Assembly (NCBI GenBank): GCA_001600695.1
Contig: BCKQ01000002.1
Location: forward strand, 422,890-486,889
DNA from: Ascoidea asiatica JCM 7603
Lineage: Eukaryota; Fungi; Ascomycota
Length of the DNA: 64,000 nucleotides
Direction: 5' to 3'
Notes under the pieces: model-generated
Database searches by the model: none
Told to the model about the DNA's origin: nothing
What the model saw: only the letters and a program-made list of their open reading frames with translations
Program-made: the position numbers and the translations under genes
Shown: positions 10,695 to 21,497 of the stretch, piece by piece
How the letters are laid out: the number at the start of each line of letters is the position of its first letter
How positions within the stretch are numbered: the stretch's first letter is position 1

Positions 10695-12323
10695 ATGAAT
10701 AAAAATTATTTCCTAAATTTCAATAATGATTATAAAAAAAATGATGAAATTATAAATAATGACAATAACAATGACAATAATAATGATAATGATAATAACA
10801 ATAATAAAAACTTTAAAAATGATTTTTATAATTCAATAAATAATAATTATATATTCAATAATTTGAAATCAAAATTATTAATTTTAACAATCTTTATAAC
10901 TTTACTCTTTTATATAATATTTTATAATATTTCAAATTTATTCAATTTAAATTTAAATAAATTTTCAATTTCAGATTCTAATTCAAATTCAGATTCAGAT
11001 TCTATTTCAAATCCAAATTTCAATTTCAATTTCAATCTAGATTTAGATTTAGATTTAAATGAAATTGGTTCAAATGGTGTAGAAATTTCAAAAGGTGGTA
11101 CTGGTTCTTTATGTTATCCAAATGATTTTAGAAAAAAAGGTATACCACCACATCCAATTATACCTGGAATTTTTAATGAAAAATATGAAAAAATTTTTAT
11201 AAATTCAAATTTAAATGATGATAATAAAAAAAATAGAAATAAAAAAAAAAAAAAAAAAAAAAATATAGTAATAATTTTAACAGCAAATTTTGAAGGTGGT
11301 GTAAATAATTGGAAAAAATCAGAAGATTGGTTAATTGAAAGATATTCAATTTTAAATAAAAAAATTTATTCAGATTTACATAATTATCATTTAGTTATTA
11401 AAGATTTTACAAAACAAAAAAAATATTCAAATGAATTTAGAGAAAGTTGGCAAAAATTTGATATTATTAAAGATGTTATGAAATTTTATCCAAAAAATTA
11501 TTGGTTTTGGTATTTAGATTTATATACAATAATCATGGAACCAAATATTTCTATTGAAGAATTAATTTTTAAAAAAATTAAATTATTTGAAAGAAATTTA
11601 GAAAATTTTAATCCAAAAAATTATAAATTAGATTTACCATATATAAATTATGAAAATAATGAAATTAATTTAATTTTATCACAAGATTGTTATGGATTTA
11701 ATTTAAATTCATTTTTTATAAAAAAATCAGATTGGACAAATTTATTATTAGATTTAATTTGGGAACCAATTTTTTTTAAACAATTATATTTTAATGGTTT
11801 AAAAACTGATATAGAAAATGAATTTGAGAATATAAATTATAAAAATGATAATGATGCTTTAGAATATCTTTATAAAAATCAAGCATGGATTAGATCTTCA
11901 ATATTATTTTTACCAACAAGAATTATAAATTCATTAATTAATGAAAATTATTGTCCAAAAGATTATTTTAAAAATGATGAAAATGAAAATGAAAATGAAT
12001 ATGAATTTGAGATTGATTTACAAAATTATAAAAAATTTAAAAATAGTTATGGATTTAATGAAGAAGATGAAATTAATTCAATAAATTCAAAAAATAAAGA
12101 AAAAAATGAAGATGAAGATAAATTAAATAAATTAAAATATAATAGTAAAAAAAATTTTATTTATAATTATATTGAAAAAGATTTTTTAATTAATTTTAAT
12201 GGATGTAAAAATAAATATAATAGAAATTGTTTTGAAGAATTTAAATTTTATAAAAAATTAAATGAAAAAATTCATTTAAATTGGAAAGATAAATTTATAA
12301 AATTTATAAAAAATTATATATAA
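10695..12323 (+). CDS. MNN10: GT34 Golgi alpha-1,6-mannosyltransferase subunit, Mnn10-like (divergent)
   Basis: Type II TM helix. IVIILTANFEGGVNNWK, ESWQKFDII, WFWYLDLYTIIMEP and QDCYGFNLNSFF align to Mnn10. Confidence 0.8.
   Translation: MNKNYFLNFNNDYKKNDEIINNDNNNDNNNDNDNNNNKNFKNDFYNSINNNYIFNNLKSKLLILTIFITLLFYIIFYNISNLFNLNLNKFSISDSNSNSDSDSISNPNFNFNFNLDLDLDLNEIGSNGVEISKGGTGSLCYPNDFRKKGIPPHPIIPGIFNEKYEKIFINSNLNDDNKKNRNKKKKKKKNIVIILTANFEGGVNNWKKSEDWLIERYSILNKKIYSDLHNYHLVIKDFTKQKKYSNEFRESWQKFDIIKDVMKFYPKNYWFWYLDLYTIIMEPNISIEELIFKKIKLFERNLENFNPKNYKLDLPYINYENNEINLILSQDCYGFNLNSFFIKKSDWTNLLLDLIWEPIFFKQLYFNGLKTDIENEFENINYKNDNDALEYLYKNQAWIRSSILFLPTRIINSLINENYCPKDYFKNDENENENEYEFEIDLQNYKKFKNSYGFNEEDEINSINSKNKEKNEDEDKLNKLKYNSKKNFIYNYIEKDFLINFNGCKNKYNRNCFEEFKFYKKLNEKIHLNWKDKFIKFIKNYI
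11241..11263 (+). repeat. A23 homopolymer inside the MNN10-like CDS
   Basis: 23 consecutive A, encoding 7 AAA Lys codons plus the AA of AAT. Confidence 0.95.
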
Positions 12324-12980
12324 ATAAATAAGGTGATTTAATTTTTTAATAAATAATCTTGAAGAATATTTAAACCAAATTTTAAATCATTAAAAGAATT
12401 TGCAAAACTAATTCTTATATAATTATTATTTAAATTAAAAGTTCACTTTTGTAATAATTTTCTTCTAAAGCAAATGATTCTTGATAAACCATTTTGATAG
12501 ATTTCCTTTCTCCTTTCTTCTATAATGGAATCAGTAAATGAAATAAGAATAAGAAATAAGAATAAGAAATAAATGCTAATTGAAAAAGGGGTTGTCTTCC
12601 TGACTTCTGACACTGCTTACATAATCACCACGCTATTGCCCTCCCCGAGTCCTGCCCCAGCCATAACCCATCCGATACCCGTACTTTATTTCTTTCTTCC
12701 ATTGTCGACTGTCGACTGTCGATTGTATTGTATTGTATTGTATTCTTCCATTGTTTGTCTCATCTCATTTACTTTACTTTTCTTTATTGTTTATAATCAG
12801 TATATATACTGTATATATATTTCTATCGGCGCTTAATTTGTTTACTCTCTTTTCCTTTTTATAGCTGTATTTGCTGTATTTGTTGTTTATTACACTTTAT
12901 TATATCCTTTATTTTATTCAATCACTCTCTCAATTATATCAATCACTTATCAAATGTTCATTTCATTCATTCAATCAATA

Positions 12981-13019
<39 letters not shown>

Positions 13020-13029
13020 TTAATAAATA

Positions 13030-15192
13030 ATGAATTCAATTCCTACAATATCTATATTCTTTAAAATTTCAGATGAATTGAATAATTCTATAAATGAAAA
13101 AACTTCTTTAACTTCTTTTAATAAATGGAATTTAATTTTTAATTTCTTAGAGAAATGTAATAATATAAAAGATGAAATTCAATTCAAACAACATTTATAT
13201 TCATTTTTAATTAAATTTATTAATAATATCCAAAATAATTTAATTCAATTATTTAATAATGATATTAAAATTTTAAAAAAATTAACTGAATTTTTATTAA
13301 TTTTAAATTTCATTTTAAAAATTAATTCAATTCAATTTTGGTCAATATTATTTAAAATTTTAAATTTTGTTTCAAATGAATCTAATTATAAATTCAAATT
13401 TAAATTTCAAATAAATTTAAAAATTATAATAAATTTAATTGAAAATTCTTTATTATTTTATAATAATAATTTTTCTTTTTTTTATTCTTTTTTCTTATAT
13501 AAATTATCTTTAATATCAATTGATTCAAAAAATTTAATTTTTTCAATATTTAATTCAAATAATAATTTTAAAATTTCAATAAATTATTTATTAAAAAATT
13601 ATTATAATCTTTCTTTATCAAATATTTTTTATAATTTTAAATTATTAATTTTAATATTCCCAAATAATATTCAATATATTAATTCATTAAATTCTTTAAT
13701 TTCAAATTTAAATCATTCATCGACTAATAATAACAATAACAATAAAAATTTTAAATTATCTTATTTTAATTCAAATTATAATCAAATTTATTCTCATATT
13801 CAATTCTTTAATAATAATTTATTCCTTTTATCTCTAGATAATATAAAAAATAAATTAAATTTCATTTCAATTAATTTAAATTCAATCTCAAAAATTAATT
13901 ATTTTCAAAATTCATTCAAATTTCAATTAGAAATTAATTCAATTAATTCATTTAATTCAATTAATTCAATTAATACTGAAAACTTTATTTTTCAAAATAA
14001 TTTAATTGAAAATATATTTAATTTAAATATTTGTACTTTTAAATTACTTAATTCAAATAATTCAAATAAATTAAATAATTTAAATGATATTTTCTTAAAT
14101 AATTTACAAAATTTTAATACATTTAATAACTTAAATAATTTAAATAATTTAAAAGTAAGTGAATCAATATTTATACTTAATCAAGATTTAAATAATTCAA
14201 ATGAAATTGAAAATGATAATGAAACGTCATTTGAAAACTCAATGGAGAATGAAAATAAAATTTTTTCTCAAAATAATCAAAAAATTGATTCAAATAATAT
14301 TACTGAAAATACTTCAATTAATTATTCAAATAATAATATAAATAATAATATTAATAATAATATTAATAATAATATTAATAAAAATATTATTGTAAAAAGA
14401 GGTAGAGGTAGACCAAAAAGAAAAATTAGAAAAAATACAATTCAAAAAAATAATTTAAAAAATTTAAATACTTTCCAAGAATTACAATCTCAAAAAGATA
14501 TTAAAAATAGTAAAAAAAAAAATGATATTTGGGATCCAATTTCTTCTGATATAAATTCAATTCAAATTCAAAAATCTATTAACAATGAAGAACAAGAAGA
14601 TGATGATGAATATCCAAAACTTTTAAATAATAGAAAAGTTAAACCTTTTAGAAATATAATTCTTGATTCAACTTCAACTTTTGCTCCATTAACTAATAAT
14701 ACTGGTAATAATAACATTAATAATAAAATAAGAAAAAATCCTCCAAGAAGAGGTAGACCAAGACAATCTATTTTAAAAAATCAATTACAACAAACTCAAG
14801 ATTTAAAATTAAATAATGAAATTAATAAAACTCCAAAGAAAATTAAAAATAATATACCCAAAAAAACTCCAAAAAAAATCAATACTAATATAATTACTAA
14901 TATAAATAATAATTCAAAAGAATTAAAAGAATTAAAAGATGATCAATTATATCAATCTTTATCAACTCTTTCATCTGCTTTAGTTGATAGAATGAAATTT
15001 GTTGAAAATGCAATTATTGAAAAAGCAAATGAAATTAAAAATGATATTGATAATAAACTTGAAGAAATGTGTAATTTTAAAAATCAAAAAATTTTGGAAT
15101 ATTCTTCATTTGTTCAAAATCTTTCTACAAATATAAATAAAAATGATAATAATTTAAAAAAATTAATTCAAAAACAAAATGAAAATAAATAA
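13030..15192 (+). CDS. RED1: Meiotic chromosome axis protein Red1-like, with two AT-hooks
   Basis: Closure-motif-like LKVSESIFILN at ~aa 375 and a C-terminal helix DQLYQSLSTLSSALVDRMKFV resembling Red1. It lies directly upstream of RPS28, as RED1 (YLR263W) does of RPS28B (YLR264W). Confidence 0.65.
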   Translation: MNSIPTISIFFKISDELNNSINEKTSLTSFNKWNLIFNFLEKCNNIKDEIQFKQHLYSFLIKFINNIQNNLIQLFNNDIKILKKLTEFLLILNFILKINSIQFWSILFKILNFVSNESNYKFKFKFQINLKIIINLIENSLLFYNNNFSFFYSFFLYKLSLISIDSKNLIFSIFNSNNNFKISINYLLKNYYNLSLSNIFYNFKLLILIFPNNIQYINSLNSLISNLNHSSTNNNNNNKNFKLSYFNSNYNQIYSHIQFFNNNLFLLSLDNIKNKLNFISINLNSISKINYFQNSFKFQLEINSINSFNSINSINTENFIFQNNLIENIFNLNICTFKLLNSNNSNKLNNLNDIFLNNLQNFNTFNNLNNLNNLKVSESIFILNQDLNNSNEIENDNETSFENSMENENKIFSQNNQKIDSNNITENTSINYSNNNINNNINNNINNNINKNIIVKRGRGRPKRKIRKNTIQKNNLKNLNTFQELQSQKDIKNSKKKNDIWDPISSDINSIQIQKSINNEEQEDDDEYPKLLNNRKVKPFRNIILDSTSTFAPLTNNTGNNNINNKIRKNPPRRGRPRQSILKNQLQQTQDLKLNNEINKTPKKIKNNIPKKTPKKINTNIITNINNNSKELKELKDDQLYQSLSTLSSALVDRMKFVENAIIEKANEIKNDIDNKLEEMCNFKNQKILEYSSFVQNLSTNINKNDNNLKKLIQKQNENK

Positions 15193-15351
15193 TGTTATAT
15201 CCTTTATATTCTGTATAATATTTGCTTAAACTAATGAATGCTCTTTAAACTAATAACTTTAATAACTGTGTAAGTACTTTGTTAGCAATTATTCTCACCG
15301 ATACCAAAGAATCAAGATTCAAAATTAATAACTTGTGAATAATCTTAAACA

Positions 15352-15359
15352 ATCACGTG
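15352..15359 (+). promoter_or_regulatory. Cbf1-type E-box upstream of RPS28
   Basis: ATCACGTG matches RTCACGTG, about 210 nt before the ATG. Confidence 0.45.
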
Positions 15360-15569
15360 CCTATATTCAAACACGGAATTTTCAAAAATTCATTTTTCAT
15401 TTTCTATTCCAATGACATTTTTTTATAATTCTTTTTCTTTGAGTGTTGAAATTGAAAGTAAATGCTTTAAATTTGGAATTATAAGAATCAGTTTAATCAA
15501 AAATTAAAAATTAAAATTTAAAATTAAAAATTTAATAACTTCATCATATAATATAAATATATAATTAAA

Positions 15570-15902
15570 ATGGTATGTAATAGAATAACTATATAATCAC
15601 TCTATTTCTTACTATGAGACTTCAAAAAAAAAAAAAAACGTTGATTTTAATTCAAATTCAACAATATAACTAACTATATATATTTTTCTTTATTTTCTTA
15701 GGATTCAAAAACCCCTGTTACTCTTGCTAAAGTTATCAAAGTTTTAAACCGTACTGGTTCTCGTGGTGGTGTCACTCAAGTTCGTGTTGAATTTATTGAT
15801 GATTCTTCTCGTACTCTTTTAAGAAATGTTAAAGGTCCAGTTCGTGAAAATGATATCCTTTGCTTAATGGAATCTGAACGTGAAGCTCGTCGTTTCAGAT
15901 AA
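15570..15902 (+). CDS. RPS28: 40S ribosomal protein eS28; exons 15570-15572 (ATG only) and 15702-15902
   Basis: ATG|GTATGT...AACTAAC...TAG|GAT gives the 67-aa [32 protein letters not shown]...EREARRFR. Missed by the ORF track. Confidence 0.97.
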
Positions 15903-16409
15903 ATGGTTTATTCTCATTACTATTATTATTATTACTATAACTATCAAATTATAATTTTACTAAATATGTTTAATTCTAAATTAATATAAATGTCATAAAT
16001 CAATTCATTATTCAAAAAATCACTGTATTTTTATATAATTTTATTATCATTTCTGTATCATCAATTGGGTCATTCTTAAAACACATCTCGTATTCTTGTT
16101 CAAAACTCTCGAACTTTTTGCTATTATCAACCGATTTTGATTATTTTGATTATTTTCACTCTTTGACCACCAAAACCCTCAAAACCAGCACTAAACCGAA
16201 ACAGCGCAAATTGTACGCATTATTGCAACACGCAATACTTTAAAGCTATAAATGCGCACAACGTGGCTTGTGTATATTTTACATTAGTCTATCCATTATG
16301 TGGCGGTGCTAGTTTTGTTTTGTGTTAACTGCTTCACCTTTGCTCAACTTTCTGAAAAAAGCAGTCACAGCAGGTCACATGGCTCACTTTTTCACTACAA
16401 CTACTATGA

Positions 16410-16416
16410 CGGGTAA
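16410..16416 (-). promoter_or_regulatory. Reb1-type site (TTACCCG) in the RPL34 promoter
   Basis: CGGGTAA. Similar sites occur at 22663-22670 (SEC22) and 53276-53282 (MED9), each 140-280 nt before an ATG. Confidence 0.5.
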
Positions 16417-16694
16417 CAGTGAGAGCCTTCCCAGGATTCTTCAGAATGGTTTCTTTTCAATTCCTGGCTCAATTTTGGAAAAGGCTCGGGAGGGTGACTG
16501 TTTGCCATACTTTTTATCACATTATTCAATTAGAGTGGAAATACTGTACTAACATTACTGGCAATTAGAAGGAATCAATTATTGATAATATTGATATTAT
16601 TGATAATAATTATCTTCATAATATTAGAAATATATATTAAATTTATTGAAATTTTTAGAATTATTATCAAAGGATTTAAAATATCATAGTAAAA

Positions 16695-17514
16695 ATGGCT
16701 CAAAGAATTACCTACAGAAGAAGAAATCCATGTATGTTTAATTAATCTTATTGGAGATATTAATTTAAAATGATTGAAAAACATCTAAAAAAAAATAATA
16801 TAATATGAAATTAAAGGAAATTAAGATATTTTAAATAGACATGAAAAAATAATAAAAATTCATTGAGAATAATAAGCTTTATTTGCCTATTCTTAAGGTA
16901 TTTTATCTTTTAGGAAATCTTGAATAGATAAAATTGAATAAATAAAATGATTACTCAATATGAATTATACAATTTTAATAAAAATAAATGAAGGAAATTA
17001 TCAATTATTCCATAAGTCAATAGTGAATGTTCAGACAAGAATATTTTCAAGAAATCAATCATTAAAATCATTCGTAGTTCATATTTTATTATTTATTGAC
17101 ATGAATTTTTATTGGAATATAAATAATTTACTAACTCATTATTTTTTTTTTTTTTTAACTTTAGACAACACTCGTTCAAACATCATTAAAGTTGTTAAAA
17201 CTCCAGGTGGAACTTTAACTGCTCAGCATGTTAAAAAACAAGGTACTAAACCAAAATGTGGTGATTGTGGTACTGTTTTACAAGGTATCTCTTCTTTAAG
17301 ACCAAGAGAATATGCTAATATTTCTAAAACTTCAAAAACTGTATCAAGAGCATATGGTGGTTCAAGATGTGCAAATTGTGTTAAAGAAAGAATTGTTAGA
17401 TCTTTTTTAATTGAAGAACAAAAAATTGTTAAAAGAGTTGTAAAAGAACAGGCTGAAAAAGCTAAAATTGCTGAAGCTAAAAAATCAAAAAAAGTTAAGA
17501 AATCAAAGAAATAG
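16695..17514 (+). CDS. RPL34: 60S ribosomal protein eL34; exons 16695-16731 and 17165-17514
   Basis: MAQRITYRRRNP-Y-NTRSN joined across GTATGT...TACTAAC (17129-17135)...TAG. CGDC and CANC zinc motif present. Confidence 0.97.
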
Positions 17515-17850
17515 ATAATTAATTAATTACTTAATATATTTAAATTTATATTTATATTTTCAAATGCAATGTTTTAATCTCTATTTTTCGACTAAACAGC
17601 TTCTTTTATTCTATTCTATCGTTATTTTGTAAAAATTTCGTAAATGTAAAATATATTTTTCTATTCACTCATCTACTTGAATAAATTAATCTTATTACTT
17701 ATAGACTTATAATTTTGTATTGGAATTAAACTATATAATTATTTACAAAATTTTTTTCAAAAGTCTTTTATGAAATGTTAAAAAAAAAAAAAAAAAGAAA
17801 ACCAAAAAAAAAAAACTGTAAAATAATATACTTTAAAATAATTTATTTAT

Positions 17851-19677
17851 CTAAAGATCATTAGTATCATCAATGAAAAAATATTGTCCAGATGATTTTT
17901 GTTGTTGATCTAATTGTGAATTTAATTTATTAATACGAGGTCTAAATGAAACTGGATCTCTTCTAAATGTAACATTTAAATTCTTTAAAAATTTATTACA
18001 TCCTGTTAATAAACTTTCTGGAGATTTTGCACGAGCTTTTATTGATGGTGATCCTTCAAATACAATTACTTTATCAGCTAAATATGTTGCCATAATAAAA
18101 TCATGCTCAACAATAAATGCAGATTTTTTAGCATGTAAAATAAATCTTCTAATAACTTTTGAACAAATTATACGTTGTTCAGAATCTAAATATGCTGAAG
18201 GTTCATCAATCAAATATATATCTGCAGGTACACCTAATGCTAATACTATAGCAACTCTTTGAAGTTCACCACCAGATAAATTTTGAACTTCTTGATCAAT
18301 AATATCATCAATTTTTAATGGTTTTGCAACATCTGTTTGAAATTGTGGTGTAAGAAAACTTGCTCTAATTTTTTTAAAAAATAATTGCCTTACTGTACCT
18401 TTAAATTTTGGTGCAATTTTTTGTGGTTTCATTGAAATACTAAGTTTTGGAATTTTAAAACCTTCATCAGGTTCTGTTTTACCTGCTAATAATCTACAAA
18501 ATGTTGTTTTTCCTGTACCATTTTCACCCATCATTACAATAATTTCAGAATCTGTAAATTCACCTTCATCAACATTTAATTTAAAATCTCCTTGAGTTTT
18601 TTGCATTGCAGGATATGTAAATGAACGTGAAGCATCAATAAGAAGTGCATCTTGAGCATCTGCTAATCTAAATTGTAAAGATTCAGTTCTAAAACGTAAA
18701 TTTTCTGTTGGAATATGACCATCTAAAAATATATTAATACCTTCTCTTACGGAACTTGGTAATGTTACAACACCATAAACTGATGGAACACCATAAATTA
18801 TACAAACAAAATCTGACAAATAATCTAAAACTGATAAATCATGCTCAACAACTATACAATAATTTGTTGCATTAAGCATTGACCTTATAAGTTGAGCAGA
18901 ATTTAATCTTTGTTTAACATCTAAATATGATGATGGTTCATCAAACATATAAACATCAGCTTTTTGAACACAAGTCATACCAATTGCAAATCTTTGTAAT
19001 TCACCACCAGATAAATCTTTTATATCTCTTTTTAAAACATTTTTTAATTCTAATTCATTAATTATTCTTTTTGCTTCTGGCTTTCCTTTTGCTAATCTTT
19101 TTAATAATAATTCACCTACTTTAGTTTCACTACCTTTAATAGCTCTTGGAATATTATCAACATATTGTGGTTTAATGATTGCATTAATATTATCTTCTAA
19201 AACTTTTGTAAAATAATTCTGTAATTCAGAACCTCTGAAATATCTAATAATTTCTTGCCAATCTGGTGGATCATCATATCTACCTAAATTTGGTTTTTGT
19301 TTACCAGCTAAAATTTTAAGAGCAGTGGATTTTCCAATACCATTAGTACCGACTAAACCAAGTACTTGACCAGGTCTTGGAGTTGGTAAACGATGTAATT
19401 TAAAAGAATTTGCAGAATAACGATGAGTAACTTCATTATCTAAATTTGTTGGTAAATTTATAATATTTATTGCACCAAATGGACATTTTTTAACACAAAT
19501 ACCACAACCAATACAAAGATTTTCAGAAATAAAAGCAATTTTATTTGTTGGAGTAACTTCAATACATAATTTTCCAGTTTTTACAACTGGACAAGATTTT
19601 TTACATTCCTGACGACATTTTTTTGGTTTACATTTATCTGTTGAAACAATAGCAATACGAGTATTCTTAGAAACCAT
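17851..19677 (-). CDS. RLI1: ABCE1 ribosome recycling ATPase
   Basis: Fe-S domain ([17 protein letters not shown]) and two ABC cassettes with LSGGE. Confidence 0.99.
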   Translation of the reverse strand: MVSKNTRIAIVSTDKCKPKKCRQECKKSCPVVKTGKLCIEVTPTNKIAFISENLCIGCGICVKKCPFGAINIINLPTNLDNEVTHRYSANSFKLHRLPTPRPGQVLGLVGTNGIGKSTALKILAGKQKPNLGRYDDPPDWQEIIRYFRGSELQNYFTKVLEDNINAIIKPQYVDNIPRAIKGSETKVGELLLKRLAKGKPEAKRIINELELKNVLKRDIKDLSGGELQRFAIGMTCVQKADVYMFDEPSSYLDVKQRLNSAQLIRSMLNATNYCIVVEHDLSVLDYLSDFVCIIYGVPSVYGVVTLPSSVREGINIFLDGHIPTENLRFRTESLQFRLADAQDALLIDASRSFTYPAMQKTQGDFKLNVDEGEFTDSEIIVMMGENGTGKTTFCRLLAGKTEPDEGFKIPKLSISMKPQKIAPKFKGTVRQLFFKKIRASFLTPQFQTDVAKPLKIDDIIDQEVQNLSGGELQRVAIVLALGVPADIYLIDEPSAYLDSEQRIICSKVIRRFILHAKKSAFIVEHDFIMATYLADKVIVFEGSPSIKARAKSPESLLTGCNKFLKNLNVTFRRDPVSFRPRINKLNSQLDQQQKSSGQYFFIDDTNDL

Positions 19678-19873
19678 TTTTATTTAATTTCAATTGAATT
19701 GAATTGGAATATATTAAATTGAATTATTCTTCAGATTAAAATTAATATAATTAAATATAATTCTAATATAATCTACAAATTCTATTGATATTTTTAATTC
19801 TAAATTCAGATTTAGAATGATGAATTGTGCCAAAAGGACCTTTTTTTACTGTTTATTTCGCCTGTAATAAAAT

Positions 19874-19884
19874 AAAATTTTTCA
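19874..19884 (-). promoter_or_regulatory. RRPE element upstream of RLI1
   Basis: TGAAAAATTTT on the minus strand about 200 nt before the ATG. Typical of ribosome-biogenesis genes. Confidence 0.55.
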
Positions 19885-20137
19885 GATTTTCCCACACAAA
19901 ACACATTGTACTTTCAAAATTTGTACAATGTGATCTTGAAAAATAGTGCCCTGCGAAAACGGTATTTTCTGGTCGCGCCCAATGTTGCTCCGCTTAGTAA
20001 TATGATTTTAGGCTGATTCGATTCGACTACACCAAAAATTAGATTATTTCTAGAGTTTAAATATATTGGTTAAGAGATTATTTTATAAAAATAGGTTTCA
20101 TTTATATATTTGGTCAATGATTAGAGAAAAAAAATTC

Positions 20138-20959
20138 TTATTTTGTTGGCATTGATTTACCTAAAAAAGAATTATAAAGTCTAGCAATATTTACTTCCAT
20201 AGTGGTAATATTTTCTCTTAAGAATTCCATATCTTCTTCAGAAATTTTTAAATTTTTTTTAACAGTATTTAATTTTTCTTTTAATAAATCAATTGCTTCT
20301 TGAAGTGGATATTCTAACATTACATCAGCACCTAACCATAAAAATACTTTATCAGTTGGTGGTATTTCTGCATAAGTGTATAGAGTATCATTTAATTCAA
20401 AATTTGTTTGAATTGACTGTTCAGAATTTTTTTTTTCATTTAAATAAATCACCATATCTAAAGATTTTTTAATATCTGGTATTTTAGTTCTATAATTGGC
20501 TGCAGAAACTTCTTTACTTTGTAACTATTATTAATCATTTCAATAATATGGTTAGAATTTAAATTGATTGACTAATGATATAAAAAAAATTGGTTGTCTT
20601 ATTATACATACCATAAATTTATATTGTCTTCATTGAATGTAAAGTGAAATTTGAAGTTAGTATTCAATTGAGTTTCTCTGCAATCTTAATTTATTTTTGA
20701 ATTGAAAACATACTGTAACCTTTCTTGAAATAGATTCATACTATTATCGTAATCATCTTTAGTTTTAATTAAACTATCAGTTTTTTCAATAAAAGGAGCT
20801 TGGGGTATACCTCTTGGGTTTGTGGAAAGATTGGTACTAATATATGAATTAAATAAAAAGATAATAATTAGTAATTAGGTTCGAAAATTGAAATATGAAA
20901 ATATAAAAAACAGGCAATGATTCTATGGAAACTTACTTGGAAAACAAAACATCTGCCAT
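20138..20959 (-). CDS. PAC10: Prefoldin subunit 3; exons 20959-20937, 20836-20714, 20627-20612, 20524-20138
   Basis: Spliced product MADVLFSNTNLSTNPRGIPQAPFIE...FQERLQ-QYKFM-LQSK...KVFLWLGADVMLEY. Donors GTAAGT, GTATGT, GTATGT; branches TACTAAT, TACTAAC, TTCTAAC. Confidence 0.92.
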
Positions 20960-21232
20960 TTTGATCTTTATTTTTATTGTATAATTCGATGATTTATGAT
21001 TAATTTGTAATTGACTAGCCAATACTTCTATTGTATTCTAATTATTATCCAATCTCATCAAATTAATCAAATCAGTCAAATCAAAACACTATTTACTTAT
21101 CATAATGATAACTGTAACTTATCTCCAATACTCACTTTCTATAATTACTTAATCCAGACCCAGATAACGTGTGCTGTGATAAATGTCTTGAAACCGCAAG
21201 CAATTCAGCTGACCGGTACGAGACCAATAACA

Positions 21233-21290
21233 AGGGTTAAAAACACAACAAAGTAGCCCTTTTTTAGTCACGTTAATTTAAACGGGGCTA
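21233..21290. promoter_or_regulatory. Tbf1-like inverted pair plus Cbf1-like site in the RPL18/PAC10 promoter
   Basis: AGGGTTA (21233-39)...TAGCCCT (21254-60), GTCACGT (21267-73) and GGGGCTA (21284-90). Resembles the Tbf1/Cbf1 ribosomal-protein promoter of non-Saccharomyces yeasts. Confidence 0.45.
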
Positions 21291-21497
21291 TATTATTTAC
21301 ATACTTTTCAGTAGAATCAAATAGATACCCTCCTTAGAAGCATAATAAATTATTTTACTTTCTAAAATAGCCATTATCAAAATTGAAAAAGTAAAATTCA
21401 ATCAGACATCTGGAAAGATATATTAATATATTAAACCTTTTTGAAGAAGTTTAAACTACCAAAAATATATTGATCATCAAGGAAAAAAAGGGTAAAA

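Noticed and set aside
16547-16568. TACTAAC...TAG upstream of RPL34 (also TACTAAC at 49481)
   Set aside because: No convincing donor upstream and likely outside the transcript.
16960-17164. N-terminal extensions of the RPL34 (and RPL18, 21941-21998) ORF-track proteins
   Set aside because: Translated intron sequence. The true first exons lie upstream.
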